A stretch of 64,000 bases of DNA from Octopus sinensis (lineage: Eukaryota): positions 165,850,001 through 165,914,000 of the forward strand of contig NC_042997.1 in NCBI RefSeq assembly GCF_006345805.1. Reading direction: 5' to 3'. The position numbers and the translations under genes are program-made. The notes beneath the pieces are model-generated. The model was not told the origin of the DNA and searched no databases. It saw only the letters and a list, made by a program, of their open reading frames with translations. Shown one piece after another: positions 39,061-49,229 of the stretch (within the stretch, counting starts at the first letter, position 1; every line of letters starts with the position of its first letter).

Positions 39061-41956
39061 TAAAAATAAAATCAAAACAAAAGAAAGAAAGAAAAGTAAA
39101 AATTGGATTTTATGAGAGGAGTTAGGTAGCCTTGAAGCAAAACATTTAACACCTATTTTCCATGCTGGTAGGGGCAAGACAGTTTGACAAGAGCTACACC
39201 TGGTTCCATTTGTCTGTTTTGGCATGGTTTCTACAGACAGATACCTTTCCTAATGCTAACCACTTTACAGAGTGTACAGGATGCCTTTCATGTGGTATCA
39301 GCACAGGTGCTTTTAACATAGCACCAGTACCTGTGGGTTGCCAAGTAGCTTGCAAGACAAAGACCTCTCAGCTGAGAGAGAAAGTGGAACCAAGGGAAGT
39401 GGCTGTGTGCGGTAAGAGGTTAGACTATAATAGAGAGATAGAGATAGTTGTCTTACATTAAAGCAGATACTTGGCTACCCCAGTAGGATGAAGAAGGAGA
39501 GAAAGATAGGGTAAGAGTGAGAGAGAGAGAGAGAAATATAAATAACATATAATAAAAATATAAAAGTTACATTGGATATTTGCAGTATAGTAGAAAATTT
39601 GTAAATGACCACTACTCCAAAGGCTATTTCATCGAGATAATCTATACTGCTACAATATACATATTCTTTTATTTGTTTTAGTCATTTGACTACGGCCATG
39701 CTGGAGCATCACCTTAAAAGGCTTTAATCGAAGAAATCAACCCCAGGACCTATTCTTTGTAAGCTTAATACTTTTTCTATCGGTCTCTTCTGCCAAAATA
39801 CTAAGTTACAGGGACATAAACACACCAGCATTGGTTGTCAAGTGATGGCAGGGGGACAGACACACAAATATATACAACAGGCATCTTCCAGTTTCCATCT
39901 ACCAAATCCACTCACAAGGCTTTGGTTGGCCTGAGGCTATAGTAGAAGACACTTGCCCAAGGTGGCACGCAGTGGGACTGAACCCTGAACCATGTGGCTT
40001 CTTACCACACTGCCACACCTACACCTGTTTTTAGGCGCAGGAGTGGCTGTGTGGTAAGTAGCTTGTTTACCAACCACATGGTTCTGGGTTCAGTCCCACT
40101 GCGTGGCACTTTGGGCAAGTGTCTTCTACTATAGCCTCGGGCCGACCAAAACCTTGTGAGTGGATTTGGTAGACGGAAACTGAAAGAAGCCCGTCGTATA
40201 TATGTATATATATATATATATATATACGTGTGTGTGTTTGTGTGAGTGTGTTTGTCCCCCTAGCATTGCTTGACAACCGATGCTGGTGTGTTTATGTCCC
40301 CGTTACTTAGCGGTTCGGCAAAAGAGACCGATAGAATAAGTACTGGGCTTACAAAAGAATAAGTCCCGGGGTCGAGTTGCTCGATTAAAGGCGGTGCTCC
40401 AGCATGGCCGCAGTCAAATGACTGAAACAAGTAAAAGAGTAATATAACATTTAAAATAGAGGTATCGATAATGCAAAGACATGAGACTATCAAAAAACAT
40501 AGCTTTATATAAAGTGAGGTTGATGGAGGTAACAAGAGTAAACATTTTTACAAAGATCGTCTTCCAGGTAAGTGATAGAATCTGCTTTTCTTGCTGATAT
40601 CAGGACAAACATGTCAAAAAATTATAATTTAATAGCTAAGGTTTTCAGTATATGATCACTACCATGAAACATGTTTTAAGGAAGAAAATAATTAATGTTG
40701 GCCACAGACTTCATACGTAGAAATCTCACCAAGATAGTGACAAGAATTAATATTTCAAATATGAAGAATTTTATCTGCAGGGCTAAATATCTTTGTTTCA
40801 GTCATTGGACTTTGACCATGTTATGACACCATCTTGAAGGGTTCAGTTGAACAAACCAATCCCAGTATTCTTTTTTTTCGCCTGGCTCTTATTCTATCAG
40901 TAATGTTGCTGAACCATTAAATTATAGGAACATAAAGAAACCAATACCAGCAGTGAAATAGTGGTTGGGGACAAACATGATGTATATATATATATATTGT
41001 TTTCCAAAATGGAGGTGAACACCTTTCTCCATGTGATCAGCTTGAAATATTAAGATACTTGGATATTTTCCTACTCTTCTTAACATGAAACCAATGGTAG
41101 CCTTAATTCACAAATAAAGAAATTATTTATCCACTAATGCGGTGTTGAGCACTCATTCCAATGTGTAACATTTACATATATATATATATACACACATACA
41201 CATGAGCTTCTTTCAGGTTCCATCTATCAAATCCACTTACAAGGCTTTTGTTGTCCAGGGGCTAAAGTAGATGACCCTTGCCCAAGATGCCATGCAGTGG
41301 GATTGAATCCAGAACCATGAGATTGGGAAGGAAACTTTTTCTCCATACAGCTACGTCTGTAATTAATAATTTCAGTATATGTTCCCATGCCTAAGTAGAA
41401 CAAATAATGAAAGCAAAAAGCCTTTTGAATATTATAATACAAAAACAAAGCTTTTTAAAACAACTACTCATGCATAAAATTCTCCTAGGAAACTCATTCA
41501 CAAGATGGCATTCTTTCGATATAACTCGACAAAATCAAACCACTTCGCTTCGGGTATTTCCGTGGAAGCAAATGACAGTTCGATTCTGTTTTCTGCTCGG
41601 AAATTTGCAGATTTTACATACACATATGAAACAGGTAAGAACAAATATGGAAGGCTTTTTTTCTTCAAGTTTAAAACGAGACGTTGCTGGCATAATTTCG
41701 TTATATCTATACTCCACAAACCACGGAAATACTCGAAGTGATATGTCTCGACCTTGTCGAGCTCTATCGAAGGAATGCCCACAAGATTAAACTATAGATA
41801 GTCAACATTAAAAAAACAAACTAAAGTCTGGCATTTAGAGTGATCGTTTAAAGAATATATTCTTACTATGTTTACTTTTGTTAAAAATTTGTACAACTCA
41901 AAGACCTCCTTAAGAAAGGTAAAATTTATAGTTGCTTAATCAGAAAATAACACAAA

Positions 41957-43252
41957 TTATTTATCATGCTTTTCAGATCTGTGTTTATGTTTCTTGTGTT
42001 TTTTTGATTTTTTGTGTTTCTGTTTGTGTTTAAGGCCAGCATCTTCAGTGTCTTCTGTATCATCATCTGCACTGAGTGGTCTTTTTAAGCTATATCTACT
42101 TTCGGGTAACACATAATCACTGATTACGGTAGTTTCTCTAGTTTGTTCGCATCCACGACTCGTGTCTTCTCTCGCTTCTTGCATAACTTTTATTGAAGAC
42201 TTACTTTCTGTCAAAGATACATTCTTTGATGCAGAGCTGATTTCAGAGTCAATTTTATCACTTTTCCTTGATTCTTTTCTTATATCAGATGTATTTTTAT
42301 CCCTGTGTTTATAATCAGAACTTCCTCTTGAACTCTTTTCGCCGTCTCTATGCCTTGCTTCGTGTTTTTCGTGACTACTTTTTTTGTTGTCCGATTTAGA
42401 TTTTCTTGACCGATCACGATCGTCTTCCCGCCTACTACTGGAATGAGAACGTCTATCGCTTCTCTTTGATGACTGGACTTCAGCAGATTCGACTTCAGAC
42501 GAATCTTTCAACAACGTCTGTAGCAATTCTACCTGATTATGAATAACTTCTCGTATGATCTCTGTATAAGTTTTTTTCGTAATGTGGACATTTTTAGCAC
42601 GGTACGATTGCCTTCGGCGTTTATAGTCGCGCATCGCAGCCCATTTCTCTGTTTCGGAGGAAGGTTCATTAAGCTCTCTACCTTTGGCAGCCTTCTTGAT
42701 GAGAGTTTCGAAGTCTGTAGTAAGAAGAGTATCTTCTGGTAAGGACTGCATGCGCTGAAATTCTTTAGCGACTCGAACCACATAGTCATATATTGCTCGT
42801 CTCTCATCTACACTGTAATCTCTCTGTTGAATTTCAAGTGTCTGTGGTACTTCCCTTTCATAATTTACCGACATCGTGCCATTATTTCGATGAAACTCCT
42901 TCAGTATTGATTGTAAGTTACTTTTTTCTAGTTTAATTGTCATAATATTAGTTTTCTCGTAAAAGAAACTTGAAGATCCAGGAACATTAGCAAGTTCATC
43001 AGATGTATATCCAAGTTGTAACCACTTACAGCATTGTTCATGTTTCTCCAGCGAATTTCTTGGCAGTCTGTGGTTAACATTGTATGAACACGGAACTTTT
43101 TCTGAGTCTTGTTCAAAAAAATGCTGAGGCGTCCATTGCACCCTTTCAAAAAGTTTACCCAAATCATCTTCACATCCCTTTAAATATTCATCTAAGTCAG
43201 TTATATAAGTTTTACGTTTCTTTAACAGATCTTCGTTTACAGTAGTAACCAT
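41957..43252 (-). CDS. SNRNP48: U11/U12 snRNP 48 kDa protein, single coding exon (431 aa)
   Basis: CHHC zinc finger CSYNVNH-x9-H-x3-C, and the family signature RDYKRRRQSYRAKNVHITKKTYTEIIREVI, followed by an R/S/K-rich low-complexity tail. The first in-frame ATG (GAAATGG) is at 43252; the ORF-track start at 43270 is TTG. Confidence 0.95.
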   Translation of the reverse strand: MVTTVNEDLLKKRKTYITDLDEYLKGCEDDLGKLFERVQWTPQHFFEQDSEKVPCSYNVNHRLPRNSLEKHEQCCKWLQLGYTSDELANVPGSSSFFYEKTNIMTIKLEKSNLQSILKEFHRNNGTMSVNYEREVPQTLEIQQRDYSVDERRAIYDYVVRVAKEFQRMQSLPEDTLLTTDFETLIKKAAKGRELNEPSSETEKWAAMRDYKRRRQSYRAKNVHITKKTYTEIIREVIHNQVELLQTLLKDSSEVESAEVQSSKRSDRRSHSSSRREDDRDRSRKSKSDNKKSSHEKHEARHRDGEKSSRGSSDYKHRDKNTSDIRKESRKSDKIDSEISSASKNVSLTESKSSIKVMQEAREDTSRGCEQTRETTVISDYVLPESRYSLKRPLSADDDTEDTEDAGLKHKQKHKKSKKHKKHKHRSEKHDK

Positions 43253-43687
43253 TTCGACATCAGTTTGCAATTTTAATGTAATTAACGCGAGAGTTATTGC
43301 TCTTACCGGTGTTCATACATAATTGTTCCTTCTACAAATTTGAGTGAAGATAGTTTAAGTAAAGACAATTCATGGAAGGTAATAATAAGTGTTTAGTGAA
43401 CGAATAGAATCAATGTTTATGTGTTTTGCGATATAGAAAAAATAAATAATTTACTAGAACAGTGAAATTGTTTGCTCGTTCATGAACTAAATTATGTGCA
43501 TAGAGATAAAGTTAATGAACAAAATTTCGAAAATTTATTTTTTTAAGCACATTTTTATGCTATGCAACAATGTATGTGTTTTTCTTCTGTGTGTATAAAT
43601 TTACATGCCGGTGTGTATGGATGAAGTGTGTTGAAGTAAATAGTTAGAGAAAAAATAAAATATAAATAAAACTGATAAAGTTCTATA

Positions 43688-44204
43688 TCTATATATATAA
43701 AACTGTAGTTGTGTGAGTGTCTGTCTCCTACGATTTAGATTCCTAACTCCTCCCACATTTTGTGGTGCAGTTTAACCAAAACCGGGTATCTTATAGTCGT
43801 GATTCATATCGAGCCCGTCTGGCTATTAGCGCGCGTCTACGATGAGTCTACGATTTTAAAAATAATTTACCATAATTTTTTATTCCATTTTAATGCATAA
43901 TTTTTCGTGTGTCGATGGCGGCGGAGTTGGCGTCCACGCTCAAACACCTGCACCTGTGTTTGCTTCTCCCCCTTCTTCCCTCCCTCATGAAGCTGTGGGG
44001 AAGGGAGTTTAAGGAAATCAACGTCGTAATGCGTTGTCAAGGAGACCAGCGTTCTTTTAGAACAACGACTTCATGGCTTGAAGACACCAAAACAGAAATG
44101 GCTAAGAAAGCCCGAATTGGCATCTATAAGGGAAGTAACTCTCTAAAAATGCTTATATAGTTATTTCCCTTACAAACCCGAGCAACGCCGGGCGATACTG
44201 CTAG
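43688..44204 (+). mobile_element. Non-autonomous Helitron (517 bp)
   Basis: A|TCTATATATATAAAACTG...CCCGAGCAACGCCGGGCGATACTGCTAG|T: 5' TC, 3' hairpin plus CTAG, insertion between A and T with no TSD. Confidence 0.9.
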
Positions 44205-45197
44205 TTTCATATAAAACAAAGATTAGAGGTAAAGAACTCTGTACACTTGTTACGACAGTCCGTTTTCCTAGTAAACCAAAATACTGAATATACTACTGCC
44301 AAATTGTTTTTTTTATTTTAATCTGGGGTGTGAAATTTATTTCAGAAAGTAGATAAAAAAATATTTTCTCAAATCAGTCACAACTATGTATGACTCGAGA
44401 TACATTTATTCAATTTGATAGAAGATTTCTTCATTTACTATTTCCCTTCAATATTTTTACATGAAATAATAATCAGTTTTTTTTTTAACTTAGAAAAGAA
44501 AAAATTTATTTCAAATATAACATCGATATGTACATCGTCTAGAACATTGTCATTTTATAAGATTTTGCTGGCAAATTTTTTAATTTGCGCAGTTGGTGTA
44601 AGGGAGATAATTTAGAATATTTGCCCTTATTATTTCCCTTGCTTTGACAGCCTATTAACAAGATGTTTTTACTTTCATTTTGGCTGTATGAAAATCATTA
44701 TCGAAGTATATATTGTTTGGCTTTTTTGATGTACGTTCGTCCGAACATTTAATGTTGGCAACAATAATTCCAGGCACCTCTCAGGATGCAGTGACTGAAG
44801 ATGCTCAGGCAGTCACTGAGATGGACACATATACAAATTTCCTGGTCAGTAAACGCTTGTGATTGTTAATCATATATATTGTTTTGCGCTTCATCTCTTT
44901 GACCAACTCTATTTATTAATCATGCACGGAACTATGCTGAGTGCTTGGTACCTGGCTATAAGCCAAGCCTGTAGTAGTTCTTTGACAAAGAAGAACGTGT
45001 AGACTTCCTCGTGGTGAAGAAAGTTGTCTAGTAGATGCGGTAGAAATATTAGTGAAAAGAACTTTTCCTTGGAGCCAAATACTCCTCAATGCCTTTATGC
45101 GCCATTTGAAGACAGAGGGGGAGAATGGAGAGGGAAGGAGGGATACAGGCTTCCAGTTAAATTTTATAAGTGGAGTGAATCCTGGAATTCTCTGCTA

Positions 45198-45666
45198 GGC
45201 ATTTGCCATATTCTGAACGCCTTACTTCCCTGGGCATGGATACGTTGAAACTCCGACATCTGGCAGCTGACTTGGCAGACACCCATAAAATTATTAACCA
45301 TCTTACAAACAATAACTCTGAGTACCTTTTCAAACACCACCCATCTAACACCCGTGGACATGTTTACAAAGTCAGAAAACAGCACAGCTCCCATGACTTT
45401 CGGAAACATTTTTAACGCTTAGAGTTACTGAAGTATGGAACAAACTGCCGGCATCAGTTGTTAGTTGTCGGAGCACTGCATCCTTCAAAACTTCCATGCT
45501 TCCTGAGATTCGCCAACACTACACCTAATTTTCTCCCCTCCATACACACGCAAGCATGTATCTGACTCATACACTGTTCACTTCCCAGACATTTGTACAT
45601 TACTGCATATGCTTCTTATGCACTTTTGACAAGTTGTGGTGCACCTGAGCACTTTATACTATAATT

Positions 45667-45710
<44 letters not shown>
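45198..45710 (+). mobile_element. 5'-truncated CR1-clade LINE
   Basis: Near-identical to 21134-21640, with an (ATT)n tail. Confidence 0.9.
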
Positions 45711-45711
45711 G

Positions 45712-46045
45712 TAATAAGGCACATGTAGGATAGCACAAATAAACCGAAAAGAAGACTGAATATGAGAGGATACTGTTGCAATGTACAAGAGAGAAGACTG
45801 CACCAGTACGAGAATGTAAAGTGAATAGAAGGTGACAGTTGGGTAAAGAGGTACTAAGTGATCCGTGTGAAAAGATTGTGCAGAAGAAGAAGACTAAGGA
45901 ATATTAAGGGAAGAATAAAGAAGGCTGAATCTCATGAAGAAGGAAACTGATGATTTTAGCAAATGGCGAGAGAATGTCATCGAGCAGACCAGAACAACTC
46001 TTGCAAGTATGGAAAAACAGACAAAATGATGACGACGACGTCGAC
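45712..46045 (+). mobile_element. Heavily decayed RTE 3' end
   Basis: Degenerate WVK/EG-like C-terminal coding. The tail gcaagtatggaaaaacagacaaaatgatgacgacg resembles the tail of the SINE at 22455-22862. Confidence 0.55.
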
Positions 46046-46113
46046 GATGATAGTGTTAGATATTTATTATTACGTTTTTATTGTTATTATTGGTTTAACA
46101 CGTTTATTCAATA

Positions 46114-46628
46114 CTAGCAGTATCGCCCGGCGTTGCTCGGGTTTGTAAGGGAAATAACTATATAAGCATTTTTAGAGAGTTACTTCCCTTATAGATGCCA
46201 ATTCGGGCTTTCTTAGCCATTTCTGTTTTGGTGTCTTCAAGCCATGAAGTCGTTGTTCTAAAAGAACGCTGGTCTCCTTGACAACGCTTTACGACGTTGA
46301 TTTCCTTACACTCCCTTCCCCACAGCTTCACGAGGGAGGGAAGAAGGAGGAGAAGCAAACAGGTGCAGGTGTGACCATGGACGCCAACTCCGCCGCCATC
46401 GACACAAGATGCATTTTATGCATTAAAATGGAATAAAAAATGATGTTAAATTATTTTTAAAATCGTAGACTCATCGTAGACGCGCGCTAATAGACAGACG
46501 GGCTCGATATGAATCACGACTATAAGATACCCGAATTTGGTTAAACTGCACCGCAAAATGTGGGAGGAGTTAGGAATCTAAATCGAAGGGGACAGACACT
46601 CACACAACTACAGTTTTATATATATAGA
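46114..46628 (-). mobile_element. Non-autonomous Helitron, unit of a tandem dimer
   Basis: Reverse complement of the 43688-44204 family; CTAG end at 46114, TC start at 46628. Confidence 0.9.
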
Positions 46629-47140
46629 CTAGCAGTATCGCCCGGCGTTGCTCGGGTTTGTAAGGGAAATAACTATATAAGCATTTTTAGAGAGTTACTT
46701 CCTTTATAGATGCCAATTCGGGCTTTCTTAGCCATTTCTGTTTTGGTGTCTTCAAGCCATGAAATCATTGTTCTAAAAGAACGCTGGTCTCCTTGACAAC
46801 GCATTACGACGTTGATTTCTTTACACTCCCTTCCCCACAGCTTCACGAGGGAGGGAAGGGGGAGAAGCAAACAGGTGCAGCTGTGAGCGTGGACGCCAAC
46901 TCCGCCGCCATCGACACAAGATGCATTTTATGCATTAAAATGGAATAAAAAATGATGTTAAATTATTTTTAAAATCGTAGACTCATCGTTGACGCGCGCT
47001 AATACTCAGACGGGCTCGATATGAATCACGACTATAAGATACCCGAATTTGGTTAAACTGCACCGCAAAATGTGGGAGGAGTTAGGAATCTAAATCGAAG
47101 GGGACAGACACTCACACAACTAGAGTTTTATATATATAGA
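46629..47140 (-). mobile_element. Non-autonomous Helitron, unit of a tandem dimer
   Basis: Directly abuts the previous copy with no spacer (CTAG|TC junction on the minus strand). Confidence 0.9.
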
Positions 47141-47257
47141 TAAATCGCCAACCATATATCCTCGTGTATTTCACTGTTCCAATGAACTCGCGTAACTTAT
47201 AGAAGAAATTAGTTTGTATCTTGAAATCACAGTGTGTTCTTAATATTTTGGCCTTCT

Positions 47258-47828
47258 AAGGCGGTGAGCTGACAGAATCGTTAGCACACCGGGCGAAATG
47301 CTTGGTGGTATTTCGTCTGCGCTATGTTCTGAGTTAAAATTCCGCTAAGGTCGACTTTGCCTTTCATCCTTTCAGGGTCGATAAATTAAGGACCAGTTAC
47401 GCCCTGGGGTCGATATAATCGACTTAGTCCGTTTGTCTGTCCTTGTTTGTCCTCTCTGTGGGTAGTAAAGAAATAGGTATTTCGTCTGCCGCTACGTTCT
47501 GAGTTCAAATTACGCCGAGGTCGACTTTGCCTTTCATCCTTTCGGGGTCGATAAATTAATTACCAGTTACGCACTGGGGTCGATGTAATTGACTTTTCCG
47601 TTTGTCTGTCCTTGTTTGTCCCCTCTGTGTTTAGCCCCTTGTGGGTAGTAAAGAAATAGGCATTTCGTCTGTTTTTATGTTCTGAGTTCAAATTACGCCG
47701 AGGCCAATTTTGCTTTTCATCCTTTCGGGGTCGATAAATTAAGTACCAGTTACGTACTGGTGTCGATATAATCGACTGGTCCCCTCCCCAAAACTTTCGG
47801 GCGTTGTACCTTGAGTAGAAAAGAATAT
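47258..47828 (+). repeat. Tandem trimer of SINE family A
   Basis: Units restart at GG(T/C)ATTTCGTCT at 47307, 47476 and 47659. Confidence 0.85.
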
Positions 47829-48102
47829 TTTGGCCATCTAAGGCGGCAAGCTGGCGGAATTGTTATCGCGCCGGGCAAGATGCATAATAGCATTAGGTCC
47901 CTCTTTAAGTTCTGAGTTCAAATTCCGCCGACGTCGACGGTGGCTTTTGTGGCTCGATAAAAAAAGTACCAGTTGAGAACTGGGGTCGATGTAATCGACT
48001 AACCCCCTCCCCCGGAATTGCTGGCATTGTGCTAAAATTTTAACGCACTATTTTGGACATATAAGGCGGCGAGCAACATGTTACAAAGGTATTACAAAAT
48101 TG

Positions 48103-48223
48103 ATACAAAAAGACGTGGGGAATACATAGACAAAGATATGGGGAATACATAGACAAAGATATGGAATATATATAGACAAAGACGTGGGCATACATAGACA
48201 AAGGCATGGGAATACGTAGACAC
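48103..48223. repeat. Minisatellite, ~22-bp unit x5
   Basis: ACATAGACAAAGA(T/C)(A/G)TGGG(G)AAT repeated. Confidence 0.85.
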
Positions 48224-48903
48224 TAGTCTGCATTTGGGAATTTATTTTATGGATGCGATCTGGGTTGCTGATTTTAAATATCTAGGCCGTTTGCTCTATC
48301 ATGTAAGGATTTTCAATGAAATATAAATTAATGATAATTAAAAAAAATGTGAATTTTTAATAAATTGCTACTTTATTATTTCTTTTTCTACTCTAGGCAC
48401 AAGGCCCGAAATTTTGGGGGAGGGGGCCCAGTCGATTAGATCGACCCCAGTTCGAAGCTGGTACTTAATTTATCGACCCTGAAAGTCAAAGTCGACCTCG
48501 GCCGAATTTGAACTCAAAACGTAAAGACCGCTAAGCATTTCGCTCGACGTGCTAATGTTTCTGCCAGCTCACCGCCTTAAATTGTTACTTTATTAAAATG
48601 AAGTAAGTAATCATGGATAAAGCACATTCTGTTAGTTTCAAGAACGTATGTATTCCAAATCAGCATGAAACGAATCATGTTCATCATGAATCATCCACAT
48701 CAAATCAAATGAATGTAACAAAAATATGGTCCTATAGGCGTAGGAGTGGCTGTGTGGTTAGTAGCTTGCTTACCAACCACATGGTTCCGGGTTCAGTCCC
48801 ACTGCGTGGCACCTTGCGCAAGTGTCCTCTACTATAGCCTCGGGCCGACCAAAGCCTTGTGAGTGGATTTGGTAGACGGAAACTGAAAGAAGCCCGTCGT
48901 ATG

Positions 48904-48945
<42 letters not shown>

Positions 48946-49229
48946 TTAAAATTACTAAGTCTCGCTAAAGGAGATTACGGTAGCGTTACTGGATATTATA
49001 TGTGTGTGTGTGTGTATATGTTTGTGTGTCTTTGTCCCCCCAACCGATGCTGGTGTGTTTAGGTCCCCGTCACTTAGCGGTTCGGCAAAACAGACCGATA
49101 GAATAAGTACTAGGTTTACAAAGATTAAGTCCTGGGGTCGATTTGCTCGACTAAAGGCGGTGCTCCAGCATGGCTACAGTCAAATGACTGAAACAAGTAA
49201 AAGAGTAATGATTAGCCTACATATTGATT

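Noticed and set aside
43909-44160. ORF MAAELASTLK...LKMLI shared by three Helitron copies
   Set aside because: The copies are too similar for ORF retention to be informative, and there is no recognisable domain.
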